DNA from: a virus
Lineage: Duplodnaviria; Caudoviricetes
Length of the DNA: 28,944 nt
Virus record (IMG/VR): IMGVR_UViG_3300042857_000007
Coordinates: 1 to 28,944 of that record
Reading direction: 5' to 3' (one strand)
Positions within the stretch are counted from its first letter, which is position 1; each line of letters begins with the position of its first letter. A program made the translations under genes and the position numbers. Below the pieces are notes generated by a model. It did no database searches, was not told the origin of the DNA, and worked only from the letters and a program-made list of their open reading frames with translations. Positions 14,582-24,368 of this stretch are shown piece after piece.

Positions 14582-17500
14582 ACAAGATCATTACCGATTT
14601 GGTGGTGATTGAAAGTACCGCCACCACCGTTGACATCACGGTGCAGCCGGGGCCGCTGGTGGAGATTGTGCAGCCCCCGGCCATCTATGTGGAAATTGGT
14701 GACATAGGCGGGCCTGTTGGGCCGCAGGGGCCGCAGGGCATACCCGGCCCGCAGGGCTTGCAGGGCCTGCCGGGCACCGGGTTCATCATCAAGGGCAGCG
14801 TGCCCACCTATGACGCGCTGCCGGTAGCGCCCGCGCCCAACCCCTACGATGGCTGGGTCACTGATGACACTGACCACCTGTGGGTGTGGAACGGCTATGA
14901 GTGGGTTGACTGCGGTGACCTGAGCGGTCCCCCCGGACCTACCGGCGCGCAGGGCAACACTGGCCAGACCGGCCTTGAGGGGCCGCTTGGCCCGGCTGGG
15001 CCTGCTGGGCCTACCGGCCATGAGGGGCCGCAGGGGCCTCCGGGTGAACAGGGTGAGGTGGGCTATCAGGGGCCTATCGGCCCGCAGGGCGCGTCTGGTC
15101 TGGGCGTCAACTTCAAGGGCACCGTGCCCAACGCCAGCATGCTGCCCGCAGGGGCCGCAGCCAATGACGGCTATGTCACGCTTGACACCGGCTACACGTG
15201 GGTGTGGACGGGCGGGGCGTGGATCAACGTGGGCATCATTCAGGGGCCGGTTGGTCCCATGGGGCCGCAGGGCAATGCCGGGCCGCAGGGCAACCCCGGC
15301 CCGCAAGGCATTCAGGGCAATCAGGGCTTGCAGGGTGACCAAGGCGCGCAGGGGCCTGCCGGTGTTGACGGCGCGGCCGGGCCGCAGGGCGCGCCCGGTT
15401 CAAATGGTGAGCAAGGCCCGCCCGGCTCACAGGGGCCGCAGGGGCCTACCGGCGTGCAGGGGCCTGTGGGGCCTGTAGGCACCACCGATTACGATGACCT
15501 GACCAATGTGCCCAGTGAGTTCCCGCCCGCTGAGCATGCGCACGCGCAGACAGATATTGCGGGCTTGGTTGAGGATCAGGCGGCGCAAGACGCGGCCATT
15601 GCGGCGCTGATGAGCGGCAAGGAGCCTGTCATAGCGGCGGGCACCGCCACCCAGTATTGGTCAGGACTCAAGTCTTGGCTGACCTTGGACAAGGCCGCCG
15701 TTGGTCTTGGCAATGCTGACGATACCAGTGACGCCAACAAGCCCATCAGCACAGCCACCCAGACCGCGCTGAATACAAAGGAGAATACTGCCAACAGGGG
15801 CGTAGCCAACGGCTACGCGCCGCTTGACGGCAGCGCCAAGGTGCCTGCCGGTTATCTGCCCGCCTATGTGGATGACGTGATTGAGGCGGCCAGCTTTGCG
15901 GCGCTGCCCGCCACGGGCGCGGCGGGCGTTATCTACGTGACGCTGGATACCAACAAGACCTACCGCTGGTCAGGCACCGCTTACGTTGAAATCAGCCCTT
16001 CACCGGGCAGCACAGATGCGGTGCCTGAGGGCAGCATCAACAAATACTTTACCGATGCCCGTGCCATTGCTGCCGTGCCTGTGAAGGAAGTTGCTGACGG
16101 CCAGAACTATGTGCGCACGCTGGGCGCGTGGGTGCTGGGCTACACCAAGGCCGCCGTAGACGCGCTGGTGGCGCTGTACCTGCCGCTGACGGGCGGCACC
16201 CTGACCGGCAGGCTCAACACCAAGGCCAGCAGCGCCACTGAAGCGGGCTTGAACCTGATACCCGGCGTTGCGCCCACCGCGCCTGTCACTGGTGATTTCT
16301 GGGCGACCACCGGGGGTTTCTACGGGCGCGCCATTGGCGTCACCAAGGGGCCGTTCGTAGATACGGGTGATCTGGCCACCAAGGCCAATGCGTTTCACAC
16401 GCACCCGCAGGCGGATGTCACCAATCTGGTCAGTGATCTGGCGGGCAAAGCCCCCACCGTGCACGGCCATGCGCAGGCGGATGTCACCAATCTGGTCAGT
16501 GATCTGGCGCTGAAGGCCCCGCTGGCCAACCCGGCGCTCACGGGCGTGCCCACAGCGCCCACGGCGGCGCTGGCCACCAACACCACGCAACTGGCCACCA
16601 CGGCGTTTGTGCAGGCCGCCATGGCCTTGGCCGGTGATCTGCCGCTGATGGTGGGGGCTGCTGACGGCAGCACTGATCTGGATACCATCCAGACCGCAGG
16701 CTGGTTTGACAAGCTGCTGGGCAGCGCCAACGCCCACCTGCCGGTGAGTGGCAATTACTTCTACGTCCAGACGCTGGTCTATGCGGCAGGCGCGCTGACG
16801 CAGGTGGCATACCCCTACAGCACGCAAGCCACCATCAGTCTGGGCATCTACGTGCGCGGCCTGTACGGCGGCGTCTGGTCACCGTGGAACAGGTTGAACC
16901 TTGACGCCACCAAGCTGCCGCTGACGGGCGGCACGCTGACCGGCAACCTCACCATAGACCCCGCCAACGGCATGGCCGGGGTCTCCTGTAGCAGCGCTGA
17001 CAGCCATTCTTATCTGGTATTGGATAAGGGCATTGTTGGTGCGTATAGCTACATAGACGGGCGGTACGCAGGCAAAGTGCGCTGGCGCATGATCTTGGGT
17101 GAGGCCACCGCTGAGGCTGGCAGCAACGCTGGCTCAAACTTTGTGCTGCAAGCTTATGACGATGCAGGCACCGCCGTCGTAGCCAACGCCCTGAGCATTG
17201 CGCGCAGCACGGGCGTGGTCACCATGCCGGGCGCTATCATCCCCACCCGCCCGGCCGGTGACGCCACAGGCTACGCGGCCAACACGGCCTTTGTCACCGC
17301 TGTGGATGTGCTGAAGGCCCCGCTGGCCAGCCCGGCCTTCACGGGCGTGCCCACCGCGCCTACGCCTGCGGTGACCAGCAACGACAACACCCTAGCCACC
17401 ACGGCGTTTGCCACCTACACCGCGCCGCCCGGCCTGATAGGCTTCTTTGCGCGCAGCACCGCCCCCACGGGGTGGATTGCGGCCAATGGCGCTTTGCTCA

Positions 17501-18105
17501 ACCGCACCACCTACGCCATTCTGTTTGCGGCCATAGGCACCGTCTTTGGCGCGGGTGACGGCACCACCACCTTTGGCATACCTGACCTGAGGGGTGAGTT
17601 CCCGCGTGGTTGGGATAACGCCAGAGGCATTGACGCGTCACGCGTGTTCGGCTCCCTACAGCTTGACGGCATTGAGACGCACACCCACCCGTTCACCGGC
17701 AGCGCCATGGCCACCCATGACCACGGCCTGACGGTGGGTGCCAACAGCGTTGGCCACACCCACAGCTTTGCCGACAACTCAAGCGCCACCGGCAACGCCA
17801 GCGCCAACCACCAGCACACCATGACGGGCCGCATTCCTAACACCACCGTCGCCAACGGCTTTGGCATGGGTAGCGGCGTCCTTTATAGTGACAACCCGCT
17901 GACATCAGCCAGCGGCGCGGCGCACACCCACACGGTGGCGGTGGCGGGCACCTCTGGCGGCATCAGCGCCAACCACGTGCATACAATCGACATCACAGCG
18001 GTGAGTGCGGGCACCCCGGCAGGCACCGTGGGTGCCAACACGGGTGCCGTCACTGAAACCCGGCCGCGCAACGTTGCACTACTGGCATGCATCAAGTATT
18101 GCTGA
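14578..18105 (+). CDS. Fibre protein with collagen-like G-X-Y blocks, fibre repeats, tail-collar domain and HxH tip
   Basis: Three GPQ-rich blocks; [10 protein letters not shown] and [17 protein letters not shown] repeats; collar [10 protein letters not shown]...[18 protein letters not shown]; multiple HTH/HDH; [15 protein letters not shown] end. Confidence 0.92.
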   Translation: MNKIITDLVVIESTATTVDITVQPGPLVEIVQPPAIYVEIGDIGGPVGPQGPQGIPGPQGLQGLPGTGFIIKGSVPTYDALPVAPAPNPYDGWVTDDTDHLWVWNGYEWVDCGDLSGPPGPTGAQGNTGQTGLEGPLGPAGPAGPTGHEGPQGPPGEQGEVGYQGPIGPQGASGLGVNFKGTVPNASMLPAGAAANDGYVTLDTGYTWVWTGGAWINVGIIQGPVGPMGPQGNAGPQGNPGPQGIQGNQGLQGDQGAQGPAGVDGAAGPQGAPGSNGEQGPPGSQGPQGPTGVQGPVGPVGTTDYDDLTNVPSEFPPAEHAHAQTDIAGLVEDQAAQDAAIAALMSGKEPVIAAGTATQYWSGLKSWLTLDKAAVGLGNADDTSDANKPISTATQTALNTKENTANRGVANGYAPLDGSAKVPAGYLPAYVDDVIEAASFAALPATGAAGVIYVTLDTNKTYRWSGTAYVEISPSPGSTDAVPEGSINKYFTDARAIAAVPVKEVADGQNYVRTLGAWVLGYTKAAVDALVALYLPLTGGTLTGRLNTKASSATEAGLNLIPGVAPTAPVTGDFWATTGGFYGRAIGVTKGPFVDTGDLATKANAFHTHPQADVTNLVSDLAGKAPTVHGHAQADVTNLVSDLALKAPLANPALTGVPTAPTAALATNTTQLATTAFVQAAMALAGDLPLMVGAADGSTDLDTIQTAGWFDKLLGSANAHLPVSGNYFYVQTLVYAAGALTQVAYPYSTQATISLGIYVRGLYGGVWSPWNRLNLDATKLPLTGGTLTGNLTIDPANGMAGVSCSSADSHSYLVLDKGIVGAYSYIDGRYAGKVRWRMILGEATAEAGSNAGSNFVLQAYDDAGTAVVANALSIARSTGVVTMPGAIIPTRPAGDATGYAANTAFVTAVDVLKAPLASPAFTGVPTAPTPAVTSNDNTLATTAFATYTAPPGLIGFFARSTAPTGWIAANGALLNRTTYAILFAAIGTVFGAGDGTTTFGIPDLRGEFPRGWDNARGIDASRVFGSLQLDGIETHTHPFTGSAMATHDHGLTVGANSVGHTHSFADNSSATGNASANHQHTMTGRIPNTTVANGFGMGSGVLYSDNPLTSASGAAHTHTVAVAGTSGGISANHVHTIDITAVSAGTPAGTVGANTGAVTETRPRNVALLACIKYC
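16406..16509 (+). repeat. Exact 38-bp direct repeat within the fibre gene
   Basis: cgcaggcggatgtcaccaatctggtcagtgatctggcg at 16406-16443 and 16472-16509. Confidence 0.9.
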
Positions 18106-18112
18106 GGACCCC

Positions 18113-18375
18113 ATGGCCAACCCACCCATCGTATACCACTATCACCGTGACACGGGCGTCTATCTCAACGCCAGTTCTGCGGCTGACCCTGACCCCATGG
18201 ATGAGGACAACTGGCTTTACCCGGCCAACAGCACCACCAAGATACCGCCCAGCCCACACCGCCGCCACCGAAACCAACGCACGCCGAGAACGTCAAGAAC
18301 GCGCCCAAGACCATGTTGGTGAGGGGGCCGTGGATCAAAGATGTTCTGACAGGTGAAACTGTAGACAGAGGATAA
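18113..18375 (+). pseudogene. Tail-fibre assembly chaperone (Tfa-like), apparently frameshifted or internally deleted near 18250
   Basis: N-terminus VYHYHRDTGVYL...ADPDPM...WLYPANSTTKIPP is Tfa-like; the in-frame continuation looks out of register, while the -1 frame runs PTPPPPKPTHAENVKNAPKT... to TAA 18373-18375 just before the next gene. Confidence 0.6.
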
Positions 18376-18381
18376 ATAACC

Positions 18382-18711
18382 ATGCCTTCATTGGAAGTTG
18401 TACAGGCCGCCTCTGACCCTGACTTCTACACGCGGGTCAGTTTCCTTGCGCTGAAGACGGCGCAGAACGTGGCGTCTGAAGACGGCAGCGCGCCCAACCA
18501 CACTGAGCGGGTTGACTATGCCAACCGGGTGTTCAGGGGCGATGACAATGCGGCGTTGCTGGCGCAGCACGTGGCCACCAACCCGTCAATAGGCGCAAAG
18601 CTTGAGGCGGGTGAGCCGGTGCCAGACGGTGACATTGAGTTTGCGCTGGCCAGCATCTGGGACGCCCGCGCCACCGCCTTCTACGTGCCGCCGCCCAACC
18701 CCTCACCGTGA
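18382..18711 (+). CDS. Hypothetical protein (likely fibre-associated)
   Basis: AGAGGA RBS; coherent codon usage; position after the fibre and chaperone. Confidence 0.75.
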   Translation: MPSLEVVQAASDPDFYTRVSFLALKTAQNVASEDGSAPNHTERVDYANRVFRGDDNAALLAQHVATNPSIGAKLEAGEPVPDGDIEFALASIWDARATAFYVPPPNPSP

Positions 18712-18723
18712 GGTTAGCCCGCC

Positions 18724-21474
18724 ATGGCCAAGCTGAGACTGGGCAAGAAGCTGCACATGAGCCGTGGGGCCACCCATGCGCGCATGCAGTTTCAGGAGGC
18801 CAAACACAAGCGTGACGTGAGCGGCAAGTTCGCTGAGATGCCCGGCCAGATGCCGGGTGCTGACGGCACCACCGCCGCCGCCAAGGTCACGGTGACCCCG
18901 GCCACCACGGCTGATTGGATGGCCGGTGCCAAGACCAGCAAGGTGGGCGGTGATGACCTGATCAAGCTGCACGTGCAGAGCAACCCCAAGAAGCCGGGCA
19001 GCGCGGCGGCTGAGCGCTTTGCCAAGTATCAGGACGGCATGACCGTGGCCGAATACAAGGCGGCCGGGGGCACCGCTGAAGATTTGGCATGGGACCGCAA
19101 GCGTGGCTTTGTGACCTTTCACGATAAGGCCACCTACGCCAGCATCAGCACCAGCGGGGCCAGCCCGGTTGCGCAGATCAACCACGCCACCGCCACCGGG
19201 CGGCTGGCCAGCATCAAGGCGCAGACTGAGGCCAAGGCGGGCGCGGCCACTGAGGCGGTGAAGCCGCCACCGCCTGAGGTGCCCATCAAGGCGTCTGGTG
19301 AGCCGCCTGAGCCGCCAGCACCACCCAAGCCGGTAGAAGCGGCCCCTAAACCGGCCGCTGCGGCCCCAGCCAGCCCCGCCAGCGTGCAGAAGCCGCCAGC
19401 AGGCCCTGAGCCAGCCCCCAAGCCACAGAACGCGCCTACGGGCACGCCTGAGCCTGCCAAGACGTTCTACAAGCCAGCGCCAGCGCCAACGGCGCTCAGT
19501 GATGACACCATGGTCAAGCACTGGGCCAGCAAGCAGCCGGTCACCATGGCTGAGTACAAGGCCAGCCTCGGCACCAATCTGGGCAAGCACACCCCTGACA
19601 GCTTTGTTCAGCAAAGCTTGCAGAATGGCGATCTGAAGGTGGTGACCCCTGCGGCTGTGCCCAAGCAGCCCAAGCCCACTGACCCGGCTGAGACGCTGAC
19701 CTTCAAGAAGGGTGATACGCTGGCCGACACCAAGCTGAACGGCGTTGAGATGCGGCCATGGCAGCCGCCCAAAGACGCCGAGGGCTGGAAGAACGTTGAC
19801 GGCCAGATGCACCTGCCTGATGAGCCGCCCATGCCCACCATGGGCAAGCTGGGCAGTGGCGTGCTGATCAGGGAGCCTGACGGCCGGGTGTGGGTGGTCA
19901 AGCCCACCAATGAGTTTGGCGGCTACAAGCACACCTTCCCCAAGGGCACCATAGACAAGCATGAGGGCCTGTCACCGCAGGCCAACGCTATCAAGGAGAC
20001 CTTTGAAGAAAGCGGCCTGAAGGTGAAGATCACCGGATTTGCCGGTGACTTCCAAGGTGACACGGGCGTGGCGCGCTACTACTACGGCCAGCGCACTGAC
20101 GGCACGCCGCTTGACCACGGGTGGGAGAGCGAGGCCGTTCTGCTGGTGCCGCCCGGCAAACTCAATACCGTCCTCAACAAGAAGCGTGACTTGGACATTG
20201 CCGCCAAGCACCTGCCAGACATCACGCCTGACCCTGACCAGTTGGCGACGCTCAAGGTCAGCGTCAAGCCGCAGACGCCGCATGACGTGCCTGCCGAGAC
20301 GGGGCGCTGGGGCAAGGCGGCCAGCGTCAAGGCGTCTGTGGCCACGGCGGCCCCGCCCCAGAACTGGGACACCAGTTCTGTGATGACTGACGTGCAGAAG
20401 CAGGAGATGCGCTATGTGCGTGACGCCACCGGCCTGAAGTACCATAGCGGAGATGACAATGAGGCCGTGGGCTTCTACACCTATGACGGCCATGAGGATA
20501 TCAACGGCGGCCTGCGCGTGGGTGGCACGCTCAGCCCTGAGGCCGCGCAGCATGTGAAGACGCTTGACGGCATGATGGCTGAGACGGCCAATGACGTGGT
20601 GGTGTGGCGCGGCATGAAGAGTGCCGGTCTAAATGGCGAGTTCAACACATTCAACACAATGCCACCGCCCATGGAGTTCGTTGACCCGGCCTATGGCAGC
20701 ACCAGCATCAACCCTGCGGTGGCGCACCAGTTTGCCGGTGGCCACATGGGCAAGACAGTGGTGTTCAAGGTGCGCGTGCCCAAGGGCACCAAGGCCATGA
20801 GCGTTGGCCGTGAGGGTGACGTGCGTGAGGGTCTGCTGGATGAGGCTGAAATAGTGCTGGCACGCGGCACGCGCTACAAGTACGTGACCACGCACACCAA
20901 TCAGACCGTTGCTGGGGAAAACGTCAACGTCATTGAGTTGACCGTGGTCAGCAACAACGGCGCGCCTGTAACGCAGCAGATCAAGCTGCCCAAGAAGATG
21001 CCGGATAACCACCGCTATGAGGCTGATGAACTGGTTGATCTGCCCGCCGCCAAGGTGGCTGATGAAGGCGCGGCGGGCCTGAAGTGGGAGTACGAGAAAG
21101 AGTACCACCAGTACGGCGGCCACTCATGGGTCACCAGCCAAGGTGGCACCGGCATCACCAATCAGGCAGACTTCAACAAGCGCTATGCTGAAGCGCCCCT
21201 GACCTATCTCACCAATGATCAATACGATAATCTTGGCTACACCAGCATCAACACTAAGAAGTTGCCCACCTTTGCCAGCGTGGCACCGGGCCTGAAGCAG
21301 CGTAACCGTGACCCCGATGCCATGCGTGACCGCATGCTGAGCGATGACGGCGTGACCACGCCGCCCATAGTGCTGCGTAAGAACGGCAAGCTGCGGCTGA
21401 TGGCTGGCCAGAGCCGCATCTGGGTTGGCTTGGCCACTGGTTACAGGGTGCCTGTCAAGGTACTGGAGGTCTGA
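18724..21474 (+). CDS. Multidomain protein A: NPKK module + Nudix hydrolase + R-S-E ADP-ribosyltransferase (VIP2/Alt-like) + ParB/Srx-like C-terminus
   Basis: Nudix box FPKGTIDKHEGLSPQANAIKETFEESGL (~19935-20019); ART YT....INGGLR, VWRG, YGSTS, VPKGT, DEAEIVLARG (~20470-20950); C-terminal PPIVL.....LMAGQSR.......VPV. Confidence 0.88.
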   Translation: MAKLRLGKKLHMSRGATHARMQFQEAKHKRDVSGKFAEMPGQMPGADGTTAAAKVTVTPATTADWMAGAKTSKVGGDDLIKLHVQSNPKKPGSAAAERFAKYQDGMTVAEYKAAGGTAEDLAWDRKRGFVTFHDKATYASISTSGASPVAQINHATATGRLASIKAQTEAKAGAATEAVKPPPPEVPIKASGEPPEPPAPPKPVEAAPKPAAAAPASPASVQKPPAGPEPAPKPQNAPTGTPEPAKTFYKPAPAPTALSDDTMVKHWASKQPVTMAEYKASLGTNLGKHTPDSFVQQSLQNGDLKVVTPAAVPKQPKPTDPAETLTFKKGDTLADTKLNGVEMRPWQPPKDAEGWKNVDGQMHLPDEPPMPTMGKLGSGVLIREPDGRVWVVKPTNEFGGYKHTFPKGTIDKHEGLSPQANAIKETFEESGLKVKITGFAGDFQGDTGVARYYYGQRTDGTPLDHGWESEAVLLVPPGKLNTVLNKKRDLDIAAKHLPDITPDPDQLATLKVSVKPQTPHDVPAETGRWGKAASVKASVATAAPPQNWDTSSVMTDVQKQEMRYVRDATGLKYHSGDDNEAVGFYTYDGHEDINGGLRVGGTLSPEAAQHVKTLDGMMAETANDVVVWRGMKSAGLNGEFNTFNTMPPPMEFVDPAYGSTSINPAVAHQFAGGHMGKTVVFKVRVPKGTKAMSVGREGDVREGLLDEAEIVLARGTRYKYVTTHTNQTVAGENVNVIELTVVSNNGAPVTQQIKLPKKMPDNHRYEADELVDLPAAKVADEGAAGLKWEYEKEYHQYGGHSWVTSQGGTGITNQADFNKRYAEAPLTYLTNDQYDNLGYTSINTKKLPTFASVAPGLKQRNRDPDAMRDRMLSDDGVTTPPIVLRKNGKLRLMAGQSRIWVGLATGYRVPVKVLEV

Positions 21475-24335
21475 TGCCCGGCCTGAAGCTGAAGCTGAAG
21501 ACAGCTACCAAGATTTCAAAGGGTGCCCACGGCGTCAAGATCAAGTGGGACATGAACAAGCACAAGCGCGACCAGATGACTGGGCGCTTTGTCAACAAGC
21601 CCGGCTCTGAGGAGTTCAAGGCTGAGCCTTTCGGCCCCGGCAAGACGGGCAACATCAAGGGCACCGATGTCATCAAGCTGCACGTGACCAGCAACCCCAA
21701 GAAGCCGGGGTCAAAGGCCAATGCAGACTTTGAGAATTACAAGGATGACATGACGGTAGCCGAGTTCAAGGCCGCCGTGGGCAACAACACCAAGGCCAAC
21801 GAGCACCTGACCTATGACACCAAGAAGGGCTTCATCACCATACACGACCCGGCCACGCTGCCCGCCAAGCCGCTGGCCCAGCCTGAGCCGCCGCCGCCAC
21901 CCAAGCTGACCACGGCCGAGTACGCCATCACCAGCAAGACCAAGAACCTGCAACCGCACGACAAGATCAAGCTGCTGGCCGGGCACAACCCCAAGAAGCC
22001 GGGCAGCAAGTCTGCGGCCCTGTTCTCAAACTACAAGGATGAGATGACGGTAGCTGAGTTCCACGCCGCCATTGGCAACAAGAAGGCCAGTCAGGAGACG
22101 TTGCTCTACGACCTCAAGAAGGGCTTCATCAGCGTGCACAACGGCGCTGATCTGGCTGACATGCAGAGCGGCAAGCTAAGCCCCGGCAAGCTGGCGGCGC
22201 ACATGCAGACAGGTGACAAGGCCCTTGGCGTGGTCAGCAAGAACCCGTTCACCGCAGGCACCAAGAATTATCAGGACTTTGAGGACGCCGCCTTTGACCA
22301 AGGTTTGGTCACGCAGGCCAAGGTGACGGCCAGCGTTGACCCGGCCACGGGCGCGCCCAAGCCCAAGCTGGCTGATCTGGATGACAATGACATCATCACC
22401 AGCCAGACCGGGGCAACCTACAACGCAAGCCTGCTGAAGAGTGACCCGGACCCTGTCTTCAAGAAGGTGGTGGATGACAATCTTGCCAGTGGCAAGTGGA
22501 CCGTCAAGCCCAAGCCCGTTACACTTATGGATACTGACAAGGTATCCGTGAAGGGCGGCAGCATGATCAGCAGCACCAAGTACACCGTGGCTGAATACAA
22601 GGCCATCACCGGCATGACTGACGCGCAGGTGCAAAGCGCCCTGAGCGCTGGCAAGCTGCACCTGCACCCGCCTGAGGCTGGCGCGCCCGCGCCCAAGCCC
22701 GCCACGCCCACGCCTGCGCCCGCGCCCAAGCCGCTGCCCAAGCAAAGCGTTGAAGATGACACCGTGGTGCAGACCATGGGCGGCACCGTCTACACGGCGG
22801 CTGAGTACAAGGCCAAGTGGAAGGCCAACGGCCTGTCAGATGAAGATGTGATCAACAAGCTGAACAACAACATCGCCAGTGGCGTACTTGTGGTCAAGAC
22901 CAAGAGCAAGTTTGCTGACAATGACGTGGTTGAGACGTACTTTGGGAATAAATACACCATAGCCCAATTGAAGGCCAAGTATCCGCATCACACTGATGAT
23001 GATATTCAGGAGCAGCTTGACAACGGTGACCTGTCATTTGTGGCCAAGCAGCCCCCGCCGCCCCAGCCCAAGTCTACACCCACGCTTGACGCCCTGCATG
23101 ATGATGATGTCATCGTCAACAGCATGGGCGTGGTCATGATGTCAGCGGGTGGGGCCAAGAAGCTTGAGACAGCCTCAAAGACTGCCGTTGAAGATGCGCT
23201 GGCCAGCGGCGCATGGAAGAAAGAAGGGGCCTCCCCAGCTGCGCTGACCAAGCTGTCACAGATACCCAAGGCTGAGTGGGACACCCATGACGTTGCCACC
23301 ATCACGGCGGCCAACCCCTACCCGGCAAATTCTGAGGCGTGGATCAAGTTCAAGAAAATCCATAATACATCAAGCGGCACTCAGAGCATGAGTGTGACAA
23401 AATACATGTCATCCACCACCAACGTGGGCACGCAAGAGGCGGTGCTTGATAAGATGGTGGCTGACGGTCACGTCAAGTTTGTCACGCCCGCGCAGAAGAC
23501 CGCCGTGCAGGCGCAGAAGGCCCTGTTACAGCAACAGGCCGCTGCTGAGGCCACCAAGAAGGCGGCTGCCACAGCCGCTGCGCAGAAGACCAAGTGGAAT
23601 GCGCATTTCCAAGTGGTGAAAGAAAAGTCCATAGCCCAGTTCACTGATGACCCCACGTGGGGCAGCAAGCCGGGCAACATGCTGCCCAGCCAAGTCAAGC
23701 AGAGCGGTATGGTGGCCGTCAAAAACATCATGGGCCTGAAGTACCACAGCAACAGCAAGTACGCTGGCGTGGCTTGGTATACCAACGGCGGCTACAGCGC
23801 GGCTAATGAAAAGCTGCGCAACCCCAAGCTGGGTCATGCCCATTTGAACAGTGAGCAGAAGGGCCACGTCAAGGAACTTGACAGCTTGATGTCTGAAACC
23901 AAAGAAGACGTGGTGATGTGGCGTGGTATCAGCGAAAGCAGTGATACGGTGCCTACGGCCGATGCGCAGGGCAACATGAACAACATGCCACCACCGTTTG
24001 AGTTTGTTGACGGCGGCTATGCCAGCATGAGTTTCAACCCACGGGTGTCTGATAGCTTCAAGGGTTATTCCACCACGCACGCCAGCGGCAGCACCTATTC
24101 ACAAACGGGCAAGCGCCGCACGCTGTTCAAGATGCGTATACCCAAGGGCAGCAAGGCGGCGTTTGTGGGCCGCAAGTATAGTCAGGACTTGGCTATGGAA
24201 GATGAGGCTGAGGTGATCACGGCGCGGGGCACGCGCTTCAAGTACATCAGCACCACGCGTGATGTGGATTTCTATGGTGCCAAGTATGACATCATTGAAC
24301 TGGAGATTGTGAACCACGCTGGCGGCAATATCTGA
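21474..24335 (+). CDS. Multidomain protein B: repeated NPKK and related modules + C-terminal R-S-E ADP-ribosyltransferase
   Basis: ART WYTNGGYSAANEKLR, MWRG, YASMS, IPKGS, EDEAEVITARG (~23770-24335); TGATG-coupled to protein A. Confidence 0.88.
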   Translation: MPGLKLKLKTATKISKGAHGVKIKWDMNKHKRDQMTGRFVNKPGSEEFKAEPFGPGKTGNIKGTDVIKLHVTSNPKKPGSKANADFENYKDDMTVAEFKAAVGNNTKANEHLTYDTKKGFITIHDPATLPAKPLAQPEPPPPPKLTTAEYAITSKTKNLQPHDKIKLLAGHNPKKPGSKSAALFSNYKDEMTVAEFHAAIGNKKASQETLLYDLKKGFISVHNGADLADMQSGKLSPGKLAAHMQTGDKALGVVSKNPFTAGTKNYQDFEDAAFDQGLVTQAKVTASVDPATGAPKPKLADLDDNDIITSQTGATYNASLLKSDPDPVFKKVVDDNLASGKWTVKPKPVTLMDTDKVSVKGGSMISSTKYTVAEYKAITGMTDAQVQSALSAGKLHLHPPEAGAPAPKPATPTPAPAPKPLPKQSVEDDTVVQTMGGTVYTAAEYKAKWKANGLSDEDVINKLNNNIASGVLVVKTKSKFADNDVVETYFGNKYTIAQLKAKYPHHTDDDIQEQLDNGDLSFVAKQPPPPQPKSTPTLDALHDDDVIVNSMGVVMMSAGGAKKLETASKTAVEDALASGAWKKEGASPAALTKLSQIPKAEWDTHDVATITAANPYPANSEAWIKFKKIHNTSSGTQSMSVTKYMSSTTNVGTQEAVLDKMVADGHVKFVTPAQKTAVQAQKALLQQQAAAEATKKAAATAAAQKTKWNAHFQVVKEKSIAQFTDDPTWGSKPGNMLPSQVKQSGMVAVKNIMGLKYHSNSKYAGVAWYTNGGYSAANEKLRNPKLGHAHLNSEQKGHVKELDSLMSETKEDVVMWRGISESSDTVPTADAQGNMNNMPPPFEFVDGGYASMSFNPRVSDSFKGYSTTHASGSTYSQTGKRRTLFKMRIPKGSKAAFVGRKYSQDLAMEDEAEVITARGTRFKYISTTRDVDFYGAKYDIIELEIVNHAGGNI

Positions 24336-24368
24336 AGGATGATATAACGGGGTTGAAGGAGTATTGCC

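Noticed and set aside
16180-17400. Repeats in the fibre gene as a possible DGR or invertible cassette
   Set aside because: They are direct, in-frame structural repeats with no adenine-specific mismatches; no reverse transcriptase or invertase is in the window
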